From positions 207,571,048-207,635,047 of the forward strand of contig NC_058130.1 in NCBI RefSeq assembly GCF_016433145.1: a stretch of DNA of 64,000 nucleotides, read 5' to 3'. This DNA comes from Gracilinanus agilis. Its lineage: Eukaryota. Below, one piece after another: positions 1 to 11,814 of the stretch (position 1 is the first letter of the stretch; each line of letters opens with the position of its first letter). A program made the position numbers and the translations under genes. Under the pieces are notes generated by a model. That model ran no database searches and was not told the origin of the DNA. It saw nothing but the letters and a program-made list of their open reading frames with translations.

Positions 1-109
1 TTTTTGTTGCTTATTCTACACACCAACTGGAGAGAGGAAAGCAAATGTAGCAGCAAAGGCCAATTAACATCTCAGCCAATCAATTGCTAGGAAGATGTAG
101 CAGTCATAT

Positions 110-560
110 GTTTGGAAAATATTTGTTGAGTATCAATAAAATAGATATGTTGAAGAAGATGAGGACTTAGCCTCTGTCCTCAAAGTGCTTATAGGGTATC
201 TTGGTAGGAAGGATGAAGCATTTACACAGATAAATATGCCATAGGATGTGGTAGGTATATAAGGTTCAAAAGACTTCTGTACTTTGAGAATTCAGAGGGA
301 CAAATTACTTCTGGTTGAGATCAAAGATGGCTTCATGGGGTGATGACATTTGAGTTGGGCTTAAAGGACAGCTATTATTTCAATAGGAGTTTAGAGGGAA
401 TGCAAAGCACTACATACAAGAAGACCAAAAGTCAGACAAGCGCAGGCTTCCATTCTATCTGGAGTGGAAGGTATATGTGAGGATATTAAATAGGAGCTAG
501 ACATTTTAGGACCTTGACTGACAAGGTAAGGAATTTTAATTCTATTTAATAATCAGAAAG
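110..560 (-). mobile_element. Degraded L2 LINE fragment
   Basis: aaatatttgttgag... cctctgtcctcaaagtgcttatag and purine-rich segments typical of antisense L2. Confidence 0.55.
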
Positions 561-589
561 GTTTTGGAGAAAGGAATGCCATGATAGTT

Positions 590-1469
590 CCCCAATTGAT
601 ATACGGTCAAAGGATATGAATGGGCAGTTTTCAGATGAAGAAATCAAATCCCTCTAAATTAGAGAAATACAAATGAAACCAATTTTCAGGTCTTACACCT
701 AGCAGATTCACCAATATGTCAGTAAAGGAAAATAATAAATGTTGGAAGGGATATGGCAAAATTGGGACACTAATGGATTGTTGGTGGAGTTGTGAACTGA
801 TTCAACCATTATGGAAGGCAATTTAGAAATCTCACCAAAGGGCTTTTTAAAAGATGCATATCTTTTGATCCAACAATACCACTACTAGGTCTGTATCCCA
901 AAGAGATAAAAAAAATTAGAAAGGACCTGTTTGTACAAAAATATTTATACTTGAACTTTTTTTGATGGCAAAGAATTGGAAACTAAAGGGATGCCCCTCA
1001 GTTGGGGAAGGGCTGAACAAAATGTGGTTTATGATGATGATGGAATACTAGTTTATGCTATAAGCAATGATGAACAGAATGATTTCAGAAAGAACTGGAA
1101 AAATCTATATGAACTGATGCAAAGTGAAACAAGCAGAACTAGGAGAACATTATACATAGTAATTGAAATATTGTGGGAGAATCAGATGTAATAGATTTTA
1201 CTACTAACAGCAATATGATGATATAGGATAATTCTGAGGGACTTGTGAAAAAGAATGCTATCCACCTCTAGAGAAAGAACTGTTGGAGTAGAAATGCAGA
1301 TGAAAACACATGATTTTTCACTTGTTTGGTTATTTGATTTGGGGTTTTGATTCTATAAGACTATTCTCTTATAAAAATGAATAATATGTAAATATGTTTT
1401 GAGTGATAACACATGCATAACCCAGTGGAATTGCTTGTCAAATATGGGATAGGGGAGAGAAGAAGGGAG
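590..1469 (+). mobile_element. L1 ORF2 3' end and 3'UTR (old marsupial L1), resuming at 3516-3585
   Basis: ggtcaaaggatatgaat...cagttttcagatgaagaaatc; tttgatccaacaataccactactaggtctgtatcccaaagag; the ORF 976-1191 peptide is L1-like (WKNLYELMQSETSRTRRTLY). The 3'UTR tail aatgtgaatcatgtaac...aataaaaaa reappears at 3520. Confidence 0.85.
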
Positions 1470-1836
1470 TGTATAAAAGAATGTAAATTTGTTTTTCTAT
1501 AACTGTATTTTTGCAAAAGTTTGCATTTTTCACTTTGGATTTATGTAATTATAATATTTCAACTTGCATGTTTGCAAGTATATTTTCTTTGATTTCTTCT
1601 GTTTCTCGAAGTTCTCTTTTACCTGAATTATTTCCCTAGCACAGTTTTAGCTTAAATAAGATATAGCATAGAAATAGGATAAGATAAGCTTAAGGTTAAG
1701 ATGTTTGTTTTTTGTTTTTTATTGGGGGGTATATAATAATAAGGTTAAGTATAGATTTTGAATTACATGGTTAATTATGATCAAATGGAAGAGATATCTC
1801 TCTCCATATGATCAAAGGGGGGATTGTTAGGAATAT

Positions 1837-2039
1837 ATATATTTTTAAACCCTTACCTTCCATCTTGGAGTCAATACTGTGTATTGGCTCCAAGGCAGAA
1901 GAGTGGTAAGGGTAGGCAATGGGGGTCAAGTGACTTGCCCAGGGTCATATAGCTGGGAAGTGTCTGAGGCCAGATTTGAACCTAGGACCTCCTGTCTCTA
2001 GGCCTGGCTCTCAATACACTGAGCCACCCAGCTGCTCCC
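1837..2039 (-). mobile_element. SINE1_Mdo-like SINE inserted in the LTR
   Basis: Full SINE body (cccttaccttccatcttgg...gagccacccagctgctccc) with an 8-bp TSD aggaatat at 1829-1836 and 2040-2047. Confidence 0.9.
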
Positions 2040-2764
2040 AGGAATATTATTGATTAGTAATTGATTCTGATAAGTTGAGTGACAAAAGAGAGGAGTTTTT
2101 GCCAAAACGGCTCAAGCCAGCTCACAATGCAAAGAGTTCTGTTGGAATTCCCAGGTTGGGGATTTTAACAGCCACTGGGAACTCAGAGATTCTGCACTGA
2201 TTCTCTTGGGATCTGAACTTGGTCCTAGAGGTAGCGAAGTTCCTGAGCTCCTTGGTCTTTCCCTGTGACATTTTGGAAATACCAGGACTTAGAGTTCGTT
2301 GATTGTTTGGCTGTGGTTGGAGAGAAATTACTGACAGAGAAGAAAGCAGAAGATCTTTTCTCTGGCCTCTGTGGGAAACGCAGAGTCATGGCAAAGCTTT
2401 AGCTAGGCCTTAATCAAACTTGCTCTTGCTGGTCTTTTTGGAGACAGAGATTTAAGATAAATATATTATTTATAAGTTATCAGAAATAGGTTATTTAGAT
2501 AGGAAATTTTGGGTTTTGTTTAGTGGTAAAGAGAAATAGAGTAGCCTTGTTTCCAGGAGGAAAAAAACCACATGAGGGGGAAATCAGTTAGGAGTGGGTA
2601 AAAGCTTAGTATCCCCTTAGTTTTTAGGGTTTCCTGTATATCTATCATGTTCTTAAATCTTTATAACTTTTATTAAATTAAAATTTTTTTTATCAGACTC
2701 TGTTATCCATTGCATGAGCCTACAAACAAGGCCCAATACTGTTACCCTGGTCTTTTATCTAGAG

Positions 2765-2955
2765 CAGTGATGGGCAAACTTTTTAAAGAGGGGTACAAAG
2801 GAAAGGAAATGCTCATCTGTCAGTCTGTTTCTAAGGCAACTCTTTTGAAGTTTCATTGTATTGTATCCTACTCATTGTATTCCTCAGATTAGGAATAATA
2901 TCTTGGATGGATAGAACATTTCAGGGAGTTTCATCTGCCCCCCCCCCCATCACTG
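2765..2955. mobile_element. hAT (Charlie-type) MITE
   Basis: TIR cagtgatggg...cccatcactg; 8-bp TSD atctagag / atctaaag (1 mismatch) with the nTCTAGAn-type target preferred by Charlie elements. Confidence 0.85.
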
Positions 2956-3599
2956 ATCTAAAGTATCTGACCAACAACAATAAGAAGATACTGAGTCTAG
3001 AAATTATCTTAAGAGGAGTGAGACTGTTGTGGGGGACTTGAGGTCAACTTCTGGAGTTCGAGATGAGTACCCTTTGCAAGAATGCAAGACTCCATAACTT
3101 AGCTTAGAAATAAAAAGAGAAATGTATTAATTTGGAATTCATGTTGAAATGGCTGAGAAAACAGCATAGATGGAGCACTGTCTCCTATTGGAGATGTGTT
3201 TTGGCCTTTTTATAGTCTTACAATAACAGGGGTCTAAGTGACAAAGGATGAGGTAATGGAATGAGATTGGTCAGGGATAGGAAATGTCCTAGATACAACC
3301 TGATAGTATCAGTGTCTATCTTGGAATCTAGGGCAGAATCCAAGGAGAATCTTTCTCTCAAGGGTTTTTCCTTGTCATGAATCTTTGATGCCCAGTGTCA
3401 CCTTTTCCTCAGCATTAACAAGAATGCAAGGAAAGAAAGGAATTTCTTGCTTTCTATTTAAATTGAAAAACTTCTAGCATTTGGGGTGTCCAAGGAAACC
3501 TGGAGTCCTATGCCAAGACAATGTGAATCATGTAACTTTGGAAATCCTATGTGTAAATTTGTTATTGGAATAAAAAATTTTAAAGGATTGCCATGATAG

Positions 3600-4480
3600 G
3601 ATATGGATATTTGAAAGATTAATATAGCAATTATGTTTTATTTGGAATGTGGTGGAGAAAAGACTGGGAAGTAGATATATGGTCTGCTGATGAAACTATT
3701 ACAACTATATAGGTAAGAGGAAATGAAAGTATGAAATGGGATGGTAGGTGACAATAAGAATGAAAATAGGGATGGAATCAAATTTTGGTGACTAAATGTG
3801 AGAGAGAGGAAAAAGCCAAAAATGACTACAAGGTTTTGAGCCAGGTTACTTATTAGAATGGCAAATTTATTAACAGAAATCAAGAGTGTTGGGAAAGCAC
3901 AAAGTACTACTGAATACAGTATAAGTTTAACGGTAATATATGAATATTTTTTTTTTAAAAACAAAACTGAGAAGCAGCACAGACTAATTGGATGAAAACT
4001 GCATGCCTATCAGAAGATGTATTTCAAGGAACTGAATCTTAGGAAGGAACTGAATCTAAACAATGCCATCTAGGACAAAGAAGTAAAGAAACAAGAAAGG
4101 AGCACTATGCAAATGCAAAAAGAGTTAAGAAAAGATATCTAAAGACTTGAAGTTCATTTTTGAGATGGTCTGGTAGAATGCCCTGACTACTAGATCAATG
4201 AAAGGTAAGAGCGTTATATCAAAGATTTATATCACAACATATTCAAGTTAATCTGTGTTTTGCGGGAAGGTAGGAAAGCAGGAGTACTAGGAAATATGGG
4301 GGTAAGAGTTCAGTTTTATTTATTTAATTATTGAGTGCCTATTGAATTGGACATCCAGATGGGAATAATCAATAGCAATTGGAAAAGTAGATAGGAAGTT
4401 GAGTAGAGAATTGGGTTTAAGATTACAGAGTTGAAAGTCACTCCTATGGAGAAAGCTGACACTTTAAAAAAATCTTTTAA
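3600..4480 (-). mobile_element. Degraded L2 fragments
   Basis: Purine-rich antisense L2 motifs (aaaaatgactacaaggttttgagcc; agttcagtttt...gtgcctattgaattggacatccagatgg). Confidence 0.55.
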
Positions 4481-5052
4481 AAATAATTTTTTTCTTAAAA
4501 ATAGCCATGGATGACCACCCTCTGACAATTTTCTAAATCAGTCAAATTTATTCTTAATTATAACCTGGATAGGAAGAAGAGAGGAAAAAAAGGTTTGATG
4601 GACTTAAGGAATATGATATTATTCAAATAGATTATTCTTATAGTGCTCAGGAGGCAGCAATAGCTCCATGGGAAAATAATAAACCATTTTTTTTGTTGTT
4701 GTTGTTAAATAACTAAACAAATGAGTTTTATTAGCAATAGCAACCTTGGCCCTAGGCATTTCTGGGGAATTAATGAGCAACTGACATTTACAGCCCAAGG
4801 CAAAATCCTTCCAGCCTCTCAGAAATCCCTAGGAAATGCCCTGGGCCTTGATCATTATTGCTTAATTAATATTACTACTCTATTACTCAGGGCTTGAATC
4901 AAAATGCTTCCCTCAGTAAAAGGGTTTTCTTTATCCAATTGGTTACCCACGTCCAAAAAAAATAAGCTAAAAATTAAAAAGCAGTGCCATGTGTGTCCAG
5001 ATCCTATAGGGAAGCAGACAGGTTAGGTATCTAGTGAAGTATTGAAATTATC

Positions 5053-6375
5053 TGTGTTGTGAAGAGGCTGTGGTAAGATACTTTGTTGTTGTTCACAAAC
5101 ATCTTTCAGTTCTCCCCTCAGAAGGAAAGTCAGGAGTGACTTCCCTTCACCACGCAAGTATGTACTTTACTTGGAAATTATAAATTCATAAAAATCTATT
5201 TATTTATAATTAAAAGATATAAGTCTGTTGTACCCAAATTTTAATACCTAACCCAGGTTCATGGCCGAAGGAAGAATCACACTGACAATGCAATATGCAA
5301 GAAGAGGCTCATTCTTTACTAGCAATAGTAGCTAGGGTCGCTAGGCAGAGAGGCATGCCTGAACGACCCCTTGGAATTCTCAGCCAAGAGTTTATATAGA
5401 AATGTTTGGGGAAGGGGGTTGGTACATACATAATTATCAAGGTAGTGTCAGGGACAGGTGGTCAGGAAGCATCTGGGGAGGGGGGTTTCAGGGTCAGGGG
5501 GCTGGAAGCATTTGGCAAACATACATTAAATAGGCAAATATTGTAAAGCAGGCAAACATAGACAAACATTCCTCAAGAAAGTTAATATTCATCAGATAAG
5601 ATAGCTTCAGTTTTAGGTTTATGATAGGGGGAGATAAGGAAGATTGTGCTGGGAAACCTTGGGGGCTGGGGGTAGCTAGCCCAGGCCAGAAATAGTTCAG
5701 TAGACTGCCAGACTGATTTTTAAATCCAACAAGTCAAAGTATTAATAACAAAGAAAGCCTTAACACTAACAGGAGCTATATCCACCCACCTTCTATGTTT
5801 GTCTCACGACAAAGCCTTCGTTTTCTTCCAGCTACACTAAAAATGCACTTACTAAAAATCCCAAAACGCTATATGACTATAATCTAAGTAAAATCCTTAT
5901 TCTATTAACTTAATTTGATAAATATATGTCCAAGTACATATGGATTCAGTCAGCCAAGATAGCAGCTGCTAACTGACAATAAGGTAACCCTGGCATAGCC
6001 CAGAGTCCAGGCAAACAGCCTTCAGTCTTTCTTTCTCCAAACTGTTATCCAGCAAAACAGATCTACCATCTTCTTCTTAGAGATGACTTCTCTTGGTCAG
6101 GAAAGTAGAACACCTCTTCAGATGGTTTTCAGAGTTCTCTCTTCCCTCACCAGCACAGAGCAAGGTCTCAGATGTCTGCCTCTACCAACAGCCAGAGAGA
6201 GAGTCAGTCAATCAGTCAGAAGACCTCATCAACTCTCAGAACCTTTTCCTGTGTTCCTCCTTCTAAGTTCTGGTCTCAGGCCCAACACTCTGCCTCGCCT
6301 GCATCCTCAGAGATCTCTTTATCAAATATTTTATTTTAATCAATGCTTAATAAATATCCTAAATCCCTCACTATA
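5053..6375 (-). mobile_element. Older solo LTR hosting a nested LTR
   Basis: LTR-like composition on both sides of the inner element; tttatt (AATAAA on minus) near 5198; begins tgtg. Boundaries approximate. Confidence 0.5.
5226..5731 (-). mobile_element. Solo LTR (ERV1-like, 4-bp TSD)
   Basis: Termini TGTTG...CAACA, TSD agtc at 5222-5225 and 5732-5735; minus-strand TATA (tctatataaac) upstream of an AGTAAA poly(A) signal. Confidence 0.85.
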
Positions 6376-7309
6376 CCAGGAATTGAAAAAGTACCAGGGG
6401 CAGCCAACTATCAAAGGTTGCTCATGGAACTCAGAAAGTCTTCCCACTGTTCATAATTTGACTTTTCCAAAACTAATTGTGAGACTGAATAATGGTGATT
6501 CCTTTATCTTTCATGCTGACCATTCATCTTTCCTGACCCTGGGTAAGCCAGTTGACTTTTCTTGAGCATTTTCCACTTAGCATTCCTGTTTTCCTTACCT
6601 ACTTCACTGTGAATTCTGTTCTCTATGCTTCCAACTCTAACATAAATACATCCATATTTTTGGTTGCTCCCTTTGACCCACAATTTGCTTGACCATCCTG
6701 GGCTGTGGACTGTACTTTGGGTAGGATTAGCTCTATATTGTGGATAAGTAGCTGTTCCATTCTATAGTTTCCTTCACTGGTGCCAGGACTTGTGCTTCTT
6801 ACATTCTCTGACTTCTTTTTAGTAAGATAATTTCTTCCCCCTTCCTTAAAAGGTCAACATGAAGACTCACTTCTCTTTTGATTGTCTCTTCAGGGCTTTA
6901 CTGGGATGAAAGGTTTCAATAAATATTTAATAATACTACCTATATGAACAGATTATTCTTTACATTTCCTTTAAAGAAACAAAGGAGAGGATCTTCAAAT
7001 TGTTTTAAGTTTCTGGAGGATTTATTCATTTATTTTTGGTGGGGGAAGAATTCAGATCTATGATTTCATTAATGTGGGAATTTCTCTTCCTTTCTTGGAT
7101 TATGAACTTGAAAATATCCCAGTCCTAAATCCCTACAGATGAGGGGAATTGGACATAACTAAATACAAAGATACACTTATGCAACCTATCCATTTTCTAC
7201 ATTACCAGCTCCCCGTATCCTAAACCTTGCTTTGAAAACAATGTGTTCCAACCTGAATTTCTTCCTGAGCTAAGGTGTAGTCAACAATAAAGCTAAGGAA
7301 GCTACATTT

Positions 7310-7830
7310 ATACAAATCCTGAGGAACTTTTAAGTACCTGGTCTTAGCATTGTTAGGCACTGTTAAGAGATGCAAACTATTTAAGGTATTGTTCCTGCTC
7401 TCAAGAAACTGAGTCTAGTTGCAGAGATATATGTGATGTGTGAAACTTTACAACAATATGATGGCATAAAAATAATCAAGTATTAACTTATGCGATAGAA
7501 ACTATAGGAATTATAGAAATTCAAGGAAACGAGTAGTCCTATAGACTAGAACTATTTGGGAAGGTTTTGTAGTGGTGGAGAAAGAAGGAAGTTAGATTTT
7601 CAAAGGAAGAGATTGCAACATTCCAGGATAGGATAGGGATAAGGCAGAGGGGAACAGCTAGCTTAAGCAAGAGTAAATGGTTGAATTAAAAGTCAAGATG
7701 GAATGGGGAGAGAAAGGAAGAGTAGAGAAGAGAATATATTTCCCTAAGGCAGGAGAGGGTTAACATTGGGAAGTAATAGAAGATGTCAGGTAGGGTGAGG
7801 TCATCTGTTGAAGGGTATTTAATATCGAAT
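7310..7830 (-). mobile_element. L2 fragments
   Basis: taggcactgttaagagatgc...cctgctctcaagaaactgagtctag and downstream purine-rich L2 pattern. Confidence 0.5.
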
Positions 7831-8899
7831 TTAGGAATATAAACCTGAAAAAAACACCCAATAGGAAATTATTGTTGGTATCATGTTAAAAAAATGAAGA
7901 GCTTATATTGAAATACTCCTCTTTGAAAAAAATTCTGATCAATGACTGAGATTTATGTTCCCAGAACTCTTTCTCTTCACAAAAGGAAAAGAACTAGCAT
8001 GACAGGAGTATGTTAAGGCATCAAAGCACTGACAAGAATTTTGTTTAACTTTACCTAACTGAATTCTGTACCATACAGAATCCATTTGCTTACATATGTT
8101 AATTCACAAAACAGCCCAGAATAATTCCTGACTTATTTATAGCATGTCTGGTCATTTTGTCTAAACGTCTCTCGAACAGATTTTGTATTTAAATAAAGCA
8201 GAAGTTATAAACACTGTGCCAATACAGCAGCACAGTGTATTTACTTCCTCAGGCCTCTATTTTGGAACATCTCTCTTTGCACATTTGTTATTGAATCCCT
8301 CATTTGTAACAGTTTGTAAATATAGTATACAGCAAGCATTTGCCTTATGGAAAAATGTAAAAAATAAAAAATTTTAAAAACAGCAATACAGTGTACTCCA
8401 TCTGTATACTGTAGCAATCCAAACCTCTACTGAAAATGTCTATCAAGCTTGTTAAAAAGGGTATTCTATGTGTACTTCTCTCAAATTATATGATTCACAT
8501 TACCACTGCCATTTACTTTAATGCTGTCTGTCTGGCTTTTCCAGTTATTTAAAGAGAAATTCTCAGTGTTGATATGGGACATGTTTCCTTAATTAATCAG
8601 ATATGTAATGGTATTTTGTACTTCTGCACTGAATTGACAATGCAAGATTTTACATGGACTTTGTCTTGTTTGGGAATGGCTTCTCTTCCTCTTTTCTTTA
8701 GTGATTTATAGATGTAAAAATCTGAGACACTGGGAGACTCTTGACCTTGATTTTTATATTAATATCCCCATTTGTGAATTTTACATGCTTCAGCAAAATG
8801 GGACTATTAACCATTCCACAACCTCTTCCTGTCCTTTTCAGACTCTATTATTTTCCAACCCTCTATCTTATTCCCCTTTTTAGCTTGTTAAGATGTTTC

Positions 8900-9200
8900 T
8901 GTACTTCCAAAGTCTCGCCCAAGTATCAGCTTCCATGACTCCTTCTTCTGATCTCTGACTCCTTGCTTAAAATAAATCTTTTCCTTCCTGAGTCACTCAA
9001 GTGTTCAACCTCCCAATAAATTCAACAGCCGATAATTTCCTAATCTACCATATATTTATTTGTGTACATGTTGTATTCTGCTTTCTAGACTCATAACTTC
9101 TTTAAAAAGGGACTGTATTGATTTTAATCTCTGTTTCCCCAGCACCTTGTACAGGATATTGAATATTGTAAGTGCTTATAAATATTTCTAGAACTTAACT
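8900..9200 (+). mobile_element. L2 3' end
   Basis: ctagact..aacttc..aagggactgt...tccccagcacc...gtgcttataaatattt, the L2 terminus pattern. Confidence 0.6.
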
Positions 9201-9769
9201 GAATTTATGAAGGTCACCCAAGGAAGATATGGCAAAAGTAGCATAAGTACTAAGTTTCCTGACTACTGATCCAATTTTTTATTCAGTAGACTGTGATGGC
9301 TCAAAGGTTGTTTTTCAGAATCAAGCATAATGTCATGGAAAATACTATCTAATGTAATGGTTGGTTGGTTTTCCTAAAAATCAGTATAGAGTTTATCTGT
9401 CCATCAGTATGTAAGTCTTGAACAGGAAATGCAGATTCATGATATAGATTCAGAATTGAGAGGAGGGGAGAGTAAGTTGAACTGTGGCCAGGAAATAGTG
9501 CAATATTTTTCATTGATCCCCAGCTGTTCCTTAGTGCCAAAGCACCCTTTTGCAAAGTCAAGATTCTCACAGAGATATTAGGTAACTAAAATTTCCCAGA
9601 ACAGCATAGTCATAGAAGAATAAAAAATTTAGGTGACTCAAAGAACAATTTAAAGGTGTACAGTGGAAATATGCTGCAATTTGTCACATACAATGACATG
9701 CATGCATGCAAAAAGTGGTTTTATGCCCCTTCACCCAGTTATATTCTAGCTTCAATGGCCCATGTCAAC

Positions 9770-10130
9770 TATGACATTCTACCTCTGACTTCTATAGGTT
9801 TTTTATTGTACAAGTAAATTGTTGTACAATGTCCAGAATGCACATCTTCCTCATCTCCACCTCACAAAAGCCTCCTTTAAAATGCAGCTCAGATGCTGTC
9901 TCCTATGAAAGGTCTTTCCCAATTCACTTTGTTATCAGAACCTTCTCTGTCTTGAAATTACTACTCTGTTTAGAGTTGGCATTTACTTACTTTCATATAG
10001 GCTGCATTGCTTTCTTTCAGAGAATGCAAGCTCCTTCAGAGCAGAAAATATTTTTGTCTTTGTCTTTGAACCCCTCCGGTACCTATTAAAGTGCTTTGTA
10101 CATAGCACTTGATAAACAATTGCTGAATTA
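9770..10130 (+). mobile_element. L2 3' end
   Basis: agaatgcaagctccttcagagcag...gtacatagcacttgataaacaattgctgaatt. Confidence 0.6.
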
Positions 10131-10739
10131 AACTCAAGTGGTATAAAAGATATAATTAAGAAAAGGTATGATAGAAAAAGAGATGAGCTAATCATGAAGT
10201 AAGAGTGAAAGAAAAGAAGGTGGTCTAAGTTTTGCTATCTACGAAATCTTAAAAGAACTACTGGGAGGCCTTTAGCAAATTGGGCATATATTCTACGGAG
10301 AATTTATGAAAAGAACTGGAAAAGAATCAACCAAGATGGAAGGCAAGGATGACCTGTAATCTGAATTACTGGAGGGACTACCTATGCCAATGAGATCATA
10401 GATACATTAAACTATGTAGAAATATAAAAGAACAGGGCTGGTTGAAATATAAACTAATTAAAATATAAGCAAACAATGATTATTTCAATCTTTTCCATTA
10501 TTAAAATCTTTCAAAGTGTATTATTTATGGAGAATAAAAACCAACCCTTCTCATACTGTTCTCCCTATCCAGACTACACTTGTTTCCTGGCAACAGAAGG
10601 CTTGCTCCAAAAATTTCTTGTAGAGGTCTCCATACCTATCACTGACTCTAAGATTACTTATAAGGAAATACCCAAAAAATCTGGAGTATTTTTATTAGAA
10701 ACTTATGCTTTCTTCTAGAGTTATACTAAGCCTTTTTTC

Positions 10740-11340
10740 TCCCATGAGTCAAAAACTGTTGAGCAAAAGACAGGTATGTTACCAATTATAATTTACACAG
10801 AAAAGAAAACACATTATTAAGAATATATGTAACCAAAAAAAAGGTAAATTGGTGATGTAGTGAGAATGAGAAGCAACAGACAGATGAGTCGTTCATTAGT
10901 AGCTATAAGGCAATGAAAGAAAAAGAGGCCATTGAATATATTGAGTAGATGTTCTATTGACAATTTAAAGGAAAATGTTTATAAGAATCATATAAGAAAA
11001 GAAGATATGGGTTTAGTTATGAATTAATAGAGAGGATAACAATCACCTATGAAATTATACAGCTCAATAAAATACCCTCCAAATTTAATTTTCTAAATTA
11101 AAATCTAATTCTTAAACAATGAAGGTTGTTTTTTTTTTTTTTTACTGATAGTGTTAGACATCATCAAGAATGTGATACTGAAAATAAAACTGAAGACGTT
11201 ATCTTTTATTTGTATAAAATCATGGGTTGTTCTTACTGATATTCAAATATTGGGGTCAGTTCAATTCATGAAAGAGTAAATAGAACTGAAGATCCAGACA
11301 AAAGAAATTAAAAATGAATGGTATAGTGTAACAATAGACT
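10740..11340 (+). mobile_element. CR1/L3 LINE fragments
   Basis: Decayed CR1 RT-region motifs (cttttatttgtataaaatcatgg...gatattcaaatattggggtcagttc). Confidence 0.45.
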
Positions 11341-11744
11341 AAATAAATCTATTAGAACTTTCCAAAATGGAGAGACAAAAGAAGAGAAACAATATAAATA
11401 AACATTTATTAAGTACCTACTACATACCAGGCACTATGCTAAGAATTGGGGAAATAAGGAAAGGCAAAAGACAGTCCCTGTCCTCTAGGAGCTCCCAATC
11501 TAATGTTGTCAAATAGGAGCAAGGGGAATTGCACATAAAAAGAAGCTAATAAGTGGGAATAAAATTAGAATGTAGGTCTTTCTGGCTCCAAACCCAGTAC
11601 TATACTGTCTCCATAAAGGGTAGCCAATCTAGGCATTCAGGAAGAGTTAGTTTCAGAACTGATTTTATCTTGCATAATGATAAGACTGGAGAGAACACAA
11701 TGAAATCCGGGTATTAAATAATGAGATAGCTACCTTGTGCATCT

Positions 11745-11808
11745 TTCTTTCTTTCTTTCCCTTCTTTCCTTCCTTCCTTCCTTCCTTCCTTCCTTCCTTT
11801 CTTTTTCC
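11745..11808. repeat. (TTTC)n/(TTCC)n microsatellite at the tail of the adjacent minus-strand L1
   Basis: Read directly. Confidence 0.9.
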
Positions 11809-11814
11809 TCTTAG

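Larger units (their letters stand above)
1470..3515. mobile_element. LTR-retroelement complex interrupting the L1; includes PPT (1814-1823) and a plus-strand LTR at about 1825-2979
   Basis: Block begins TG and ends CA between two L1 3'UTR halves; aaagggggga-t-TGTTAGG is a PPT/LTR junction; attaaa signal near 2672. A second, probably minus-strand, LTR-like piece lies at about 3026-3515. Confidence 0.6.

Noticed and set aside
6083-6565. 160-aa plus-strand ORF
   Set aside because: Lies mostly in the CT-rich strand of an LTR; no recognisable domain.
8205-8240. Small hairpin acactgtgc...gcacagtgt
   Set aside because: A 9-bp stem is too short for a miRNA precursor and is expected by chance.
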